From contig OX597830.1 in the NCBI GenBank assembly GCA_951406725.2, positions 56,110,001 to 56,174,000 on the forward strand: a stretch of 64,000 bases of DNA, given 5' to 3'. The stretch is from Octopus vulgaris (taxonomy: Eukaryota). Shown here piece by piece: positions 1 through 13,774 of the stretch. The notes under the pieces were generated by a model. It had not been told where the DNA came from, searched no databases, and saw only the letters and a program-made list of their open reading frames with translations. How positions within the stretch are numbered: the first letter of the stretch is position 1; each line of letters opens with the position of its first letter. The position numbers and the translations under genes were made by a program.

Positions 1-279
1 ATCACAATTTTGTTGCATGGATCTCCAAAAATCTTATATGGACTCCAGTTGAGAACCACTGTGCTAAATGGATAATAGACATAGTCATGTTTAATAGACA
101 AGGAGCTACTTTCAGCTGAATGAACCTCAATATATAACTGGTACTTAGAATTCCTGTGATGTTTGGTGTATTGTGTAAAGAGTAATACTTTTGTAAACTT
201 GTGAGCTGTACATTTTCAGACACGAACTCAGCTCTCATTTATGCCTTCCATAAATTTGTAGTGTACACTGATGGCCACA

Positions 280-490
280 CTACAGTACCTTGCTTCAGCT
301 TATCCACCCATTTCTCAGAAAGAAGTATGCCCACACCACCTACCCTGCCACTGTTACCTTCCCAGAAGATTTTATACCTATGTGTTTTAGCTGTGAAGAA
401 CTTGGCTGAAGCTCCTTTCCACCTTACCTCTTGGATGCAGCATACACCGACATGCCTCCACTCAAGCATCTAAACAATCTCAGTCTGTAG
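280..490 (-). mobile_element. LINE (RTE-like) AP-endonuclease fragment
   Basis: VCCIQEVRWKG...GVGILLSEKW is the N-terminus of an APE endonuclease. Confidence 0.8.
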
Positions 491-1813
491 TGGGTATCAA
501 CAATGACCCCTTAAGTGCAGAGAGACTGAAATGGTAGATGAGGCAGAACCCAATATAGTCAATTGCTCAGAAGGCACGACTCAGACATGTGGCATATCTA
601 GAACATTCTTTTGACAAAATGCAGACTTGTAGCCAGCATCCGTGAAAGGGATTGGGATCCCATAATGTACATAATTGCACTTGTAGTAAATTATGGATCT
701 TAGATGGAGATCCTAGATATCCAACCTACTGAGAACAGATGACACTAACTGATCAATGAAAATTACCACCATATATAATAGCTGTCACTTGCAAGTAAGT
801 ACAACTAGGCATCATGTGCCATGCTTTCAGTACTTGTTTTAGGTTGCTGTGTAGTTGCAAATGGACATGGACATGCTCGTGGCCCTTCCTATCCTTGAAC
901 TTGCAGAACATCACACGTACTCATCACATTTGTTTAGATTGGACCAAACATGAAATGACATACCTTACTCAAGGACATAATGTGCCTTCTAGTTCAGGAA
1001 TATTGGCTGGATGTAACAACCAGATCTCTCTCAAAGATTCATTACCTTAATCTGTTATAACAGCAATGAGTTAATTTATCACCTAACTGCTGTTTTTCAA
1101 AAGAGAAGTCATGGGTGGCCTCTTCAAGTATATATATATCATCAACATCCTCATCCTCACTGCTTTAATGTCCACTTTCCCAAGCTTACATAGATCAGAT
1201 GGAGATTATTAAGGCAGATTTTCGATGGCTGGAAGCACTTCCTGTTTCCAAACCTATTTCCAAACAAGGTAATATTGTTTCCAATTTTGGTACAAGGACA
1301 GCAAGATCAAGGAAAAGATGATTCAATGACCCCAGTGCTCAAATGGTATTTATTTTATCAACCTTGAAAGGATGAAAGACAAAGTCGACATTGGCAGAAT
1401 TTGAACTCAGAACATGGAGAGAGACGAAATACTGCTAAGCATTTTGCTTCACATGGTAACAATTCTGTCAGTTCCACAGTGGGAAATATTGACACTCATC
1501 TACACTATTCTGCTCAAGAACAGATAAGTGTTGGCAAGAGGTAGGATATCTAACCACAGGAAATTTCCCTCAATAAACTTCATCCATCCTATACAAGCAT
1601 GGTAAAAGAGGATATTAAGATGATGATGATGCACATATTGTCATATCTATTCAAAATTCAGATATTTCTTTCTTACAGAAATAGCAACACAATTTTATTT
1701 TGCATCTTCTAAAAATGAATATACTTACTTCAATGTAGAAATATCAAGGTTCCATCTAAATAAGTTTTTTAAAAAATGGTGAAAATAAAACTGTCCCTAG
1801 ATTTTAAACAAAC

Positions 1814-1908
1814 CTTGAGTGTTCCTCTTTTCTTCACACGATGTTTCGAGTTGATCTTACTCTCTCTGTCTGCCTTGAGTTTGTCCCAGTAGCACTTCTC
1901 ATCTTCAC
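1814..1908 (-). CDS. LARP7: LARP7 coding exon 11, xRRM helix 3 (GEDEKCYWDKLKADRESKINSKHRVKKRGTLK); final exon not found in window
   Basis: G-x-x-E-x-x-YW-x-K...KKRG motif of the LARP7 C-terminus; donor AAG|GTTTGT. Confidence 0.93.
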
Positions 1909-3862
1909 CTGAACAATAAAGATGAATAGGAGATGAGTTTATTGTAGCAGAGACAAGAGAAAAGACAGAGAGAGTCTGCAGCATGTTCGATGTGGTCTTT
2001 GATCACTCTGTATATGCGTGTGTGTATATATATAGATGTGCAAGGGTATATGTATGCATGTGTGTATATATTCATATATGTATATATGTGTATGTGTGTG
2101 TTTGTATGTACGTATATGTGTATAATATATCTATCTGTATGTACACATGTATATATATGTATATATATGAGAAAAGAATATGGGGATAACTTGGTACTTC
2201 TTTACTCCAACTGTTACATATGTTTCAGTATTTGGCAACACATGACATCACACTACAGATGCAAGTTATGCCCATGTTCTTCATTCTTATTATTGATGTG
2301 CTCCTTATATTATGTCAAAGCCCACCTTCACATATGGACAACTTGTGTGTACAACCAATGGCGAGAGTTTAACGTTTAACATTAGAGCTGAAACCTGCAC
2401 GGTGAGCGCATCCAATCATAGTTACAGCAATATATATATATATATATATATATCAATGTAATAAACAAAGGAAAGAAATCTCTTCAAAGAGGTGTGTAAA
2501 ACATCCAATTCACTGCGATGTCAGTTGAATACCACATTGTTTACATATATTTATATATACATATATACATCCTACCCATGCATGCATGGAAGATGGATGT
2601 TAAACAATGATGATATATATATATATATATATATCTGTTATATGCAACAGAAGCAGTTTCAGATTAGATAAAATTAGTCATCTGCTTATCAAATTTATGG
2701 GAGCATTCTTCTGGAGATAATCTCTCTTATGGACTTTCTTTGTTCTTTGGAGGCAAATAAAAATTGTTTGGCAGCAGTAGTGGGAACACTAGATGCATTT
2801 ATTGTCAGTAGCATGTACTTGTAGCCAACCACATGCTAAGACAAAATCTGTCACCTGTATTGGAAAACAATGAAGGAACAATCACGACTGTCGTAGAGAG
2901 CCAATTGACTGAATATAATTCTATTATATGCAACAGAATCAGTACTAGAATAGAATATATGTAAATCCGTGCTTATATGTGAACAAAAAGTAGGATGTTT
3001 ACATTAGAGACATCTTTGAATAAAGATCTGCAAGATCAGGGCTGACTTGAAGCAAATCAACACTAAAGCACATATTTAAGTATTGTAGTCTTCTTACATG
3101 TACATCTAACTAAAAGACAGGATGTTCCCAATAGTGACTCTTTGAACATTGGTCCGCAAGATCTGAGCAAACCTGGGCCTAATCAAAACTAAAGGATGCA
3201 TTAAATGACATAGTCCTAGATATACAATGTTCAAAACAGGGACATCTTTGAACACTGGTCTGCAAGATTAGGGCTAGAGTAAAGAGTAAAGGCCCCCTTT
3301 GGTCATGAATGACCATGGGTCTGCACCTAGAGAGTTACCTTCCAAGGTACAAGTCCGGGCAAGGTTGTTTGTGGAAGACCAGCAGTGACCCATGCATACC
3401 AGTCTCCCCTCTCCACACCACTGACTTTATCCAAGGGAAAGGCAAAGGGGCCGATACAGCTTGGCATCACAATTCATTTCTACAGCTGAGTGAACTGGAG
3501 CAAACGTGAAAATAAAGTGTCTTGCTCAAGAACACAACACACAACCCTGTCCAGGAATTGAATTCACTACCTCATGATTGTGAGCCTGACATTCTCACTG
3601 CACCATGCACATTCACAGGGGGACTTCTTTGGACAGTGGTCAGCAAGATTAGGGCTAACTTGGGACTAATCAATACTGAAGAAGGATGCATTAAAAAACA
3701 TACTCCTAGATAGACAATATTAAGATAAAAAAAGATAGGATGATCACGGTGTGGCCCCCTTTGGCCAGGACAGACCAGGGGCTAAACAACAGTGGAACCA
3801 GTTTAAGAATTTAAAATAAAACCGTTTTGAATTCACAACAAATAAATTATTTTTCTGTTTAC

Positions 3863-4007
3863 CTTCAAGAAGTGAAACACTTAATGTCTCAAATTTGGTA
3901 TTGCATATTTTCTGTGCACTTGCTTCATTTTTACAACGCACAAAGGCCTGCGTATCAACTTCTTTCAGATCTATGTATGCAATGTCACCAAGTGGTGTGA
4001 ATTTTCC
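3863..4007 (-). CDS. LARP7: LARP7 coding exon 10, xRRM (GKFTPLGDIAYIDLKEVDTQAFVRCKNEASAQKICNTKFETLSVSLLE)
   Basis: Y-I-D (RNP3, Y/W-x-D) motif of the xRRM; canonical splice sites; 145 nt. Confidence 0.93.
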
Positions 4008-5080
4008 CTGTTAAAACAACAACAGTTTTACTGACTGTAGGTTACATCGCTTTAAATACACTCGCCTTTGTCATACAGTCAACACACACACACAAACAGA
4101 GTTATAAATTTGTTACGTATAAAGAAGCTGTATTAGATTAAAATAGCCATCTGAGTATCATACATATTGCAGACACATTCTGAAAAAGCAAATTAACTGT
4201 GATATTTGTAGAGATAATATCTCTAATGTTTAAAGACACAAAAAATATATCAATAGCAGAATTGACCAGCTGCAATGGTGAGAATGCTAAATGTACATCT
4301 GTTCCTTGTTGGGTTTTGTCAATAACATGTACCCACTGTCAGACACGAGCTAAGTCAAAATCCATCACTACTGAATGATAATAATAATAATATGGGCTAC
4401 AGCAAATATTCTGCTTGATACCACAAATTTGCTTGTCAGTTGTTTGACTTTAATCCTCAAACTCCCAAACTCCACTGTTGTAAAAAATTTACAAAAATCC
4501 ATCATTTTCTGAATTTAAGGGGCTTGAAGGAATAAATGCTCTTGACTGATCTCAGCAAAAATTTAGCATTTTTCTAGTAATCAAATATAGCAACATTTTA
4601 GCCCTTGGTCATTTTCAACTTCCACAATTTTTTAAATTTTCACTCCACTCTAATGTGTAGTGTTGGTGAATTTCCGGAAGCATGGAAGTTTTCAAGGATG
4701 TAGTGGGTAGTTTATTCCATGCTTCAGCAATTCTGAGTGATTTAAAAATCCATGATGTTGTAAATAGCGGCTCAGCTGAATGAAAGTTTGTTTTGTGTGA
4801 TGGAAGCAATATTAGGTTAAAACTGATATCTATGTATCATACATATTGTAGATACATTGTGAAAAACCAATTTAAAGGTGGAAATTTGTACAGAGACAAT
4901 ATCTCTTATGTTTAAAAACACAAAAATATATTTGTAAGAAATGAAAATCTTCCAGCAGTAACAGTAAGAATGCTAGATGTGCATTTGTCTTGTTGCGCTT
5001 CTTCAGTAGCAAGTAGCCACTGTCAGCTGCATGCTAAGACAAAATCTGTTGCTTCTGCTGTTGTAGCAACACCAGCAACA

Positions 5081-5459
5081 GTGGAGGCGCAATGGCCCAA
5101 TGGTTAGGGCAGTGGACTCGTGGTCGGAGGATCGCAATTTATGATTCCCAGACCGGGCATTGTGAGTGTTTATTGAGCAAAAACACCTAAAGCTCCACGA
5201 GGCTCTGGCAGGGGGTGGTGGCGACCCCTGTTGTACTCTTTCGCTCCAACTTTCTCTCACTTTTTCTTCCTGTTTCTTGTCCCTGACTTCCTACGCAACC
5301 GCTGAGCCTAGATGCGCATTCATCCATCCGTCGATGCTCTCGATGTCGGGGGTTGACCTGCTTTCTCTTCTGCGGGTCTTACGAACAGCAAAGGACCACC
5401 TTACGGACTTCTCCCACTAATGGGATGAAGACCGCTTCGCTCAACAAACAAACAAACAA
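5081..5459 (+). mobile_element. tRNA-derived SINE with 12-bp TSD (ACACCAGCAACA); same family on the minus strand at about 45385-45743
   Basis: Box A tggcccaatggttag; (aaac)n tail; TSD at 5069-5080 and 5460-5471. Confidence 0.8.
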
Positions 5460-5519
5460 ACACCAGCAACAAGAACAAGTATCACCACCAAATAAACATG
5501 GTAATTGCCAAAAACATAC

Positions 5520-5623
5520 TTTTAATTCCTTCACGTTTAATACTGTCTCGGACTTAATGTTTACAATCACATTTGGAATAAACTTGTATTTGTCTTCAGA
5601 AGAATTTTCAGGAATTTTACTTT
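5520..5623 (-). CDS. LARP7: LARP7 coding exon 9, start of xRRM (ESKIPENSSEDKYKFIPNVIVNIKSETVLNVKELK)
   Basis: F-x-x-x-VIV-x-I strand beta1 of RRM2/xRRM; acceptor ttccAG|, donor |GTATGT. Confidence 0.9.
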
Positions 5624-5807
5624 CTGGAAATATATATGAAAAAAAAAAAGAAAGAAAGAAAGAAAGAAATAGAAAAAAATATAGAAAACTTCAATGGAGC
5701 TAAAATTCAGTAGTCTGGTTTGAAGATATATTTCTAAGATATCGTTATCATCATTTTAATGCATGTTTTACAATACTAAGTTAACAATCCAGTCTACAGC
5801 CAGAGAA

Positions 5808-6090
5808 ACTGGATTGTTGACAGTTCAAGGTCTTCAGTGTTTTGGTCATGGACACAGTACAGTGAATACACCACACTGTGGTACCTACTTACAGTTAAGT
5901 AGACTGGATTGTTGATGGTTTGGTGTCTTGGTCATGGACACAGTACAGTGAACTACATCACACTGTGGTACCTGCTTACAATTAAGTAGACTGGATTTTT
6001 GACAGTTTGGTGTCTTGGTCATGGACATCACACTGTGGTGCCTACTTACAACTAGGCAGACTAGGCAGTTGACAGTTTGGTGGTTTGGGT
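5808..6090 (+). repeat. ~90-bp tandem repeat, about 3 units
   Basis: ctggattgttgacagtt..ttggtcatggacacagtacagtgaa..cacactgtggtacct..ttaca..taagtaga repeated. Confidence 0.8.
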
Positions 6091-6291
6091 TCTATGACTG
6101 GATTCCTATCTGAATGACAACCACTAAACGGCATGAACTGGATGCTCTTTTCATGTCAATGTCTTGAGAAAATGGACAATGAATAACATAGAAGGCAGAA
6201 GTCCAGTGTGTGTGTGTTATGTATAAAGGAATAATACAGACATATATAATATGACTGAATAGAATAGTGTTTCATTATGGTTGTAACATAC

Positions 6292-6389
6292 CTTGACTCT
6301 TGTTCATCTCAATGAGCTTCTGCTTCATCCTGGACATATTGGACCGCTGTCTGGCAAGGTATTCACTTTTGTACTCTAACCATTCCTTC
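6292..6389 (-). CDS. LARP7: LARP7 coding exon 8 (KEWLEYKSEYLARQRSNMSRMKQKLIEMNKSQ)
   Basis: Read manually. EWxxxKxEYLxxQ helix conserved in LARP7; phases fit both neighbours (2 and 1). Confidence 0.92.
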
Positions 6390-6778
6390 CTGAGATGGAA
6401 CAAGAATAACGTCAACTGAGTCAACAAAGTTACCTTAACACAACTACCAATAAGTGCAGGAACTTTTCAGCGTCCTCTCATACACACGAGCTGGTTCCAT
6501 CTAGATTTGGTGCATTGTAATAACGTATTGGAATTTAATGACCTGTTATGAACTAAGCTTTAAATTTATGTGGATATAGCTTTTAAAGGTTATACAACAA
6601 TTCTCCCTATATAGATATATATGTATGCATGTTTGAAGTAGAATTTCACATATGTAATAGAGGGAGTTGAAAAGCTTCAAATAAGTGAGATTATTCTTAC
6701 AATTAGAAGACAATTTGAAATCTGAAATCTCAAAACAAGGTGAAATGACTTTATAAAACAAACTATAATCAGCTAATT

Positions 6779-7117
6779 TAGTGGTTCTCACTGGGGTCCA
6801 TATGATCCCTTGTGATCCATATAAGATTTTCATGTCGCCACGCAAGAAAAATATTAAATTGGGTTCACAATAGTATTTTATGGATCCATGAAAAAATCTT
6901 GTTTTAGATGTATTTATTGCAAATAAAAGCTAGGTTTCTTTTTCTGACATTTTAACATAGTTCTATCAACACAAATGAATATGTGATAAACAAAACAGGA
7001 ATTTTGAAAGAAGTATCTATAAAACTAGTTTTTAAACATCAAATGGCTGTAGGGATCCACAAGAGTAGAACAATAATCAAAGGGGTCCACAGATAAAAAA
7101 TGGTTGAGTACTACTGA
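6779..7117. mobile_element. hAT-like MITE (partial relatives at 1-61 and about 11410-11510)
   Basis: tagtggttctca...tggttgagtactactg termini; ggggtcca subterminal motifs. Confidence 0.6.
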
Positions 7118-7375
7118 TCTAATCCAAAATTCTGGGCAAATAGCCACATTGCAATCAAAAGTAGATCTGGTCAGTAAAGCAAACTGATGAAAATAAGATA
7201 TGTTTCTGTCTTATTCAGATCTCCTCTACAAAAAGTTTTTCAGCTCAGTTGATAAGACTCAGAGATGATCAGTATTAGAGGTATAGAGAAAAAAAAAACA
7301 TAATTGCACCAATGTCTATCAGGGAGATACATGATACAAAAAAGAAAGAAATAAAAACAAGGAACTACAACTCAC

Positions 7376-8120
7376 TTGGAGATGACCCGCAAGTGTGGCA
7401 GTGGTTTGGATCGCTTACGATTCTTATGGCGCCGTTTCTTATTACAATCTTGAGAATGATCCCGTTGCATATTGTTTTCTTCAGTTATGTCATATTTTAT
7501 ACGTTTTGGCACATTCTCCAGATCACTACTAGTTGTACTATCCACGCTGTCTTTTTTCCGTTTCCTTTTAGACCTTTTAGCATCTTTAGCAGCAGAATCG
7601 ATTCCTTCGTCTGCAGATAAGTTTTCTAACCGTGATTCAGTTTCATGAGGAGTCTTTTTTTCCTGTGTTGCAGTCTCACCTGATTCCTGTTCGTTCGATG
7701 ATTTTAAATCAGTCTCTGATTTTTGAGCCAGTCTATCAGCCGGTTCGATATCACTTAGTTTTGAGTTGCTGCTAGACCGACGTTGGAGCTTACACTTCTC
7801 AGGAAAAACATCATTAGAAAGTTTGCTGAAACTATCCGACCGATGTCGTTTCTTCTTTTTCTTCTTCTTCCAACTACCAGAACCTCGATCTTCGTCTTCT
7901 GACTTGGCACCTTCTTCTGCTTGACCTTCAAACTTGATGTTTGCTTCATCAGTGTTTTCCCCACACAACGGTTCCAACTTCCGCTGTTTAATTGGTCGGC
8001 TCGGTTCCTTGGCTTCGGAGCTGCTGTTGCGTTTTCGTTTCTGTTTGCAGCCTTTGTTCTTCGGACTGTCGTTGCTAATGAGATCACATTCTGGTTTCTC
8101 CTCACTCAAATCCATTCCAT
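7376..8120 (-). CDS. LARP7: LARP7 coding exon 7, long K/R/S/E-rich linker ending PLPHLRVISK
   Basis: 745 nt inside ORF 7372..8205. Acceptor ctgtAG|AT, donor AA|GTGAGT. LRVxSK motif; several NLS-like basic runs. Confidence 0.92.
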
Positions 8121-9184
8121 CTACAGAAAACAAAGAAAAGGAACACATGACAAAGTCCGGTAGAGTAGCTCCCACTACATGCATACCTATTTCTTTACTA
8201 CCCACAAGGGGCTAAACACAGAGAGGACAAACAAACAGATTAAGTCGATTATATCCAACCCATGCTAGCATGGAAAACGGACGCTAAACGATGATGATGA
8301 TGATGATGATGATATCGACCCCAGTGCGTAACTGTTACTTATTTAATCAACCCCCGAAAGGATGAAAGGCAAAGTTGACCTCGACGGAATTTGAACTCAG
8401 AACGCAACGGCAGTCGACCGCTAAGCATTTCGCCTGGCGTGCTAACGTTTCTGCCAGCTCACCACTACATGCATACCTGATATATAGCACCACCCATCAC
8501 CCAGCATCATCACCACCACTTCTCCTCATCACCATCCCTTCTCCTCCTCTTCCTCATCATTGATTATTATACCTCATTTTTCAATGTTGCTCCAAATCAA
8601 ACAGTCTTAGCAATCTGTTCTACAGTTTCATTTTGCAGAGACTGTAGAGTTGTTGCTGCTGTTTAACCCCCAAGTGAGCCCAGATAGAGCAGGAAGAGAG
8701 ACTTAGGATCAAAGACACTCCAGCTGTGACCATCCTATTTTTTTTTATTATCATTATTCAAACATTACACACGCGGTGTATATATTCAGGGTTACATTAA
8801 CTAAAGCGTTCGTCTTCTCTTAAAACAGGCTATGATTTCAAGAAGATTTGGCTGCTATTTCTTGCAATGTGAGAGCACACATAGAGGTTGACTTGTTGGG
8901 GGTGGGGGTGAGAGAGAGTGAGAGTTGTAGAAAGAACCATGCACTAAAGATGGAGGTTTACAAAGAGAGAGAGAGAGGGGAAAAGAGAAAGAAATGGAAG
9001 AAGTACCCCAGGATGGTATAGTCCAAAAACTGAAACAAATAAAAGAAATATATTAATTGTGGCTTACGACTGCCCAACACACCAACCGACTGAATTTTTG
9101 TAATTTAATTTAGTTCCAGATGATGATTTGCCGATTTTGAGAAGGCCTATGTTTGGTTAAGAGTATTCCAAACCAGAACCGCTG

Positions 9185-9631
9185 ATCATTGACAGAGCAG
9201 CTATTCGAGTATGATCGTTACCAGCGTCGCCTTACTGGCACTTATGCCTGTGCTAGTAGGGTGCCAAGAGCACCATCCGAGCGTGATCGTTGCCAGACCA
9301 GCCAACTGGCTTCCGTACCCGTGGCATGTAAAAGGGCACTATTCGAGCGTGATCGTTACCAACGTCGCTTCACTGGCACCTGTGCTGATGGCACGTGCAA
9401 AAAGATTCGAGCAAGGTCATTGCCAGTACCGCCCGACTGGCCCCCGTTCAGGTGGCATGTAAAAAGCACCCACTACACTCTTGGAGTTAGGAAGGACATC
9501 CAGCTGTAGAAACTCTGCCAGATCAAGATTAGAGCCTGGTACAGCCATCTGGTTTGCCAGCCCTCAGTCAAATTGTCCAACCCATGCTAGCATGGAAAGC
9601 GGACGTTAAACGATGATGATGATGATGATGA
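9185..9631 (+). mobile_element. 3' UTR-only copy of the RTE LINE at 19555-21264
   Basis: Same ~55-70 bp subrepeats, ggaaggacatccagctgtagaaac core and (gat)n tail. Confidence 0.85.
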
Positions 9632-10360
9632 GACCAACCCATCTTGTTTTCAGAAAAAACAAGTGTATCTAGGACTACAGTAAACAAAGAGTCTTCCCTT
9701 TTCTCGTGTTTAAGATACCAGGTTGTGATTTGAGGGATATTTGAAAATCTGTTTCATTGAATTCTGTCTGATCCATACAATGAAGGATGAAAAGTGAGTG
9801 TCAAACTGAGGAGGAGGAAGGGGATGGCGATGAGGATGAGAAGGGTGAGAATGCTGCTGCTACTGATGATGATGAGAATAATGATTGCGATTATGATGAT
9901 GACAATGATAACAATGATGAAAAGATGTAGGAGTGGCTGTATGGTAAGTAGCTTGCTTACCAACCACATGGTTCCGGGTTCAGTCCCACTGCATGACACC
10001 TTGGGCAAGTGTCTTCTACTATAGCCTCGGGACGACCAAAGCCTTGTGAGTGGATTTAGTAGACGGAAAATGAAAGAAGCCCGTCATATATATGTATGTG
10101 TGTATATATGTTTGTGTGTCTGTGTGTGTCCCCCCAACATCGTTTGACAACCGATGCTGATGTGTTTACGTCTCTGTAACTAAGCAGTTTGGCAAAAGAG
10201 ACTGATAGAATAAGTCCTGGGGTCGATTTGCTCGACTAAATGTGGTGCTCCAGCATGGCCACAGTCAAATGACTGAAACAAGTAAAAGAGTAAAAGAGAG
10301 TATGATACTGATGATACCAATGATACTATACAGAGAGCCAAATCAAAACCATCTGCTTAC

Positions 10361-10460
10361 CTTCTGTCTGAACTTTCTTCTTCAGCTGGTTGAAAGCTTT
10401 GTTATTCTTGGGGAATTTTCCAGGTTTACTGGTAGTTTCAATGGGGGGTTGATTTAATTC
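10361..10460 (-). CDS. LARP7: LARP7 coding exon 6 (ELNQPPIETTSKPGKFPKNNKAFNQLKKKVQTE)
   Basis: Absent from the ORF track; read manually. Acceptor ttgcAG|, donor G|GTAAGC. LNxPP...KPGxFPK is the conserved LARP7 segment after RRM1. Confidence 0.9.
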
Positions 10461-10585
10461 CTGCAACAAATTGACAACAAAAGCAACTTCATATTCCGTA
10501 TTTTATATCCATTTTTCTGTATTAACAAAACAAATAACACTCACACACACACACATATATATGCAGATACATATATACAAAGAGT

Positions 10586-11018
10586 ACCATCTGAGCGTGA
10601 TCGTTGCCAGTGCCGCTGGAGTGGCTTCCATGCCGGCGGCACGTAAAAAGCACCATTCAAGCGTGATCATTACCAGCGTCACCTTACTGGCACTTGTGCT
10701 GGTAGCACATGAAAAAACATTTGAGTGAGGTCGTTGCCAGTGCTGATGGACTGACTCCTGTGCAGGTGGCACGTTAAAAAACACCATTTGAGCGTGGCCG
10801 CTGCCAGTTCCACCAAACTAGCCCTTGTGCCGGCGGCACGTAAAAGCACCCACTACACTCTCGGAGTGGTTGGCGTAAGGAAGGGCATCCAGCTGTAGAA
10901 ACTCTGCCAAATCAAGATTGGAGCCTGGTGCAGCCATCTGGTTCACCAGACCTCAGTCAAATCATCCAACCCATGCTAGCATTGAAAGCGGACATTAAAC
11001 GATGATGATGATGATGAT
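10586..11018 (+). mobile_element. RTE LINE 3' tail copy
   Basis: Same family motifs and (gat)n tail. Confidence 0.85.
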
Positions 11019-11909
11019 TAACAAGCTGAATATCTGATTAACCACCTGAAAGTAAGCAGTGCCAAATATGTTATGTTGAGTATCATCATCGTTGTGGAGT
11101 CGCGTGGCTTAGTGGTTAGGGTGTCAGCACCATGATCGTAAGATTGTGGTTTCGATTCCTGGACCGGGCAATGTGTTGTGTTCTTGAGCAAAACACTTCA
11201 TTTCACGTTGTTCCAGTCCACTCAGCTGGCAAAAATGAGTAACACTGTGATGGACTGGCATCCCATCCAGCTGGGGAACACATACGCCATGGGTCGATTT
11301 GCTCGACTAAAGGCGGTGCTCCAGCATGGCCGCAGTCAAATGACTGAAACAAGTAACAGAATAAAAGAATAAAGAAAAAGAATTCTTAGTAATATTTAGT
11401 AATAAAGACATAACAGGATTTTATAAACATCAAATGGCTATGCGGGTCCACCCAAGTGAAACAGGAATCAAAAGGATCCATAGGTAAAAAAATAGTTGAG
11501 AACCACTACTTTATCGAAGTAGGATTTCTTAGTTTTGCACAAGGTAAATAAATTTTCCTAAGTTGAACCCTCCTCCAATATTTAACCCCTTTGTTACTGT
11601 ATTTATTTTGAGATGCCCTGTATTTCTTTCAATTACTTTAAATATAACAAAGAATTTAGTAAAATAACTTAGTTATCATTAAGCTAGTGTTAGGAACATA
11701 AATTGTGACTAAAGTTTGGTGGAAGATTTTAATTCAAAGTTTATGAAAACAAGACATTTGTACTCAAATGTTTCAGCCGGGTTGGTGATGAAAGGGTTAC
11801 TTGGTTCTTATTTTTCACTGACTTTAAGATGATGGAAGGTTTTTAGAAAACAATGAAGAACACAAGAAAAAAAATGAAGCAAAGAAAGATAAAAGAAAGA
11901 TAGACTCAC

Positions 11910-12074
11910 TTTACAAGCTCTTTGTGCACCTTTAATGGTTTCAAATTCAACAAATGCAAACTGTTTGAGATCTCCAGTGGACTTATAGCGTGGAAGACTA
12001 ACATAAGTGACCATCCCACAGGAGGAAAACACTTTCTTCAGCCAGTCATGGTCAGCGTTGGCTGGCAGCAATTC
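11910..12074 (-). CDS. LARP7: LARP7 coding exon 5, RRM1 (ELLPANADHDWLKKVFSSCGMVTYVSLPRYKSTGDLKQFAFVEFETIKGAQRACK)
   Basis: RNP1-like FAFVEF and LARP7-type YVSLPRYKSTGD; 165 nt, phase 0/0. Confidence 0.96.
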
Positions 12075-13494
12075 CTGAAAATATTGGAATCAACATTTAA
12101 CAATTATGGTATTGTTATATTTTACAAAGAAACAATAGAGTTGATAGAACAATTTCCTTCTTCTTTTTACCATTTATGGAAGTAGAGCTGTGTGATTAAC
12201 CCTTTCGCTACTATATTTCTGACCAAAATACACCCCTCATAAGTTTCAATTAAATTCTAAAATAATCATGAAGTTAGGCTTGTTTCATTAAATAACTGTA
12301 ACTTTTTTTACTTATCAACATATTAAAGTGATATTTGGAACATAATTAAAGAAAGGGTTCTTAATCAATTCTATTGCATAACTTTTGTCTCAAAGTGACT
12401 TTAATTACAGGTAAATCCAGGTAAATTGAGCAAAAGGTAAAAATATTAAAATTACTCTTTTTTTTTAAAGTGTTTCTCTAGATGTTTCTCAAATATAGTA
12501 GTGCTCCCAGATGAGTCACTATGACTTATTTTACAAACTTCAACTAAACTTGGGATCATTAAGGAACTCACATTGCAACCAGATGGTTTCAGGTTCAGCC
12601 CCCAATATATGGCACCTTGGGCAAATGTGCTCTTGGGTTGACCAATGCCTTGTGAATGAATTTGGTAGACGGAAATTGTGTCGATGCCCATCATATGTGT
12701 GTGTGTGTCTTTGTGCCTGTGTTTGCTCTGCCACCACCACTACTCAATAACCTACCTACTTATCACTCTCTCCCATATATATATATATCACATGGAAGAA
12801 GATGGGTGACGGTGTGCCCGGCTGTGAACGAAGGCAAGGCGTTAGCTTTGGAATTGCATAGTTCCACATTTTCTTTGTGCTCTTGTGATATATTTAGAAA
12901 CCTTAAGTTCACAAAATCAGAAAACTGGCAAGGTAACAAGCTTATCAAATCCTTTGAGCATCAGACAAAATGCCTTGTGACAATTCTTCTGGTCCTTTAC
13001 ATTCTGAGTTCAAATTTGGTTGAGGTCAACTTTATCTTTCTTTCCACTTGGATTGATAAACAAAGTACCAGAGTTGATTTAATGGACATTTTTCATAGGC
13101 ACGTGCATGGTGTGTGATTAAGAAGTTGGCTTCCCAACCAGAGTTTCAAATTCAATCCCACTACATGCACCTTGGGCGAGTGTCTTCTACTATAGACCCA
13201 GGTCAAACAAAATCTTGTGTGTGGAATTGGTAAATGGAAACTGTGAGGAAGCCCATCGTATGTATGTGTGCCTATAAGCTTTTGTCTCCTTATTTTGATA
13301 TCATGCGATAATTGTAAACAAATGCCATTGCGATACAAGCAGCGACATTCATTTCCAATATTCTGCAAAACAACGATAGGGTTCATTATATGAGAAGCCT
13401 AGATTATTGAAAAATGGCAGCAAAAAGATAATTGCAGAGGAAAAAAGAAAAAAAAAATGAAAAGAAAGAATAAGAGGGGAATGTTGTGCCTCAC

Positions 13495-13575
13495 CACATA
13501 AACTGTCCTCTCATCCACATCTTTAGGCTCTGTGTATGGAGTCACACGACGTACGCTGTTCTGGTCTTCACTTAA
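13495..13575 (-). CDS. LARP7: LARP7 coding exon 4, end of La motif / start of RRM1 (LSEDQNSVRRVTPYTEPKDVDERTVYV)
   Basis: LSED...VRR and DERTVYV are typical of the LARP7 La-RRM1 junction; canonical AG/GT; 81 nt. Confidence 0.95.
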
Positions 13576-13774
13576 CTGGAGACAAATAGTCAGAGAATAG
13601 AAAAAAAGGATGAGGTTGATGAATACATGAGTGCGTGTGTGAAGCTGTAAGGTGTTACTCAGGCACTCAACTATGAGTCCATTGCATCTTATAGCAGAAA
13701 TAGATGTAAGCAAATGGACTTCATAAGATAATTGTTTATTCCTTTGTCAACTCATTTTTACATGCATGCATTCA

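Noticed and set aside
1-1800. Final LARP7 exon
   Set aside because: I could not find an in-frame AG-flanked segment resembling the expected C-terminal ..HIxF.. peptide; it probably lies outside the window.
8121-8205. N-terminal part of the 277-aa ORF as a stand-alone gene start
   Set aside because: Intronic and partly SINE tail; the real exon starts at the acceptor at 8120.
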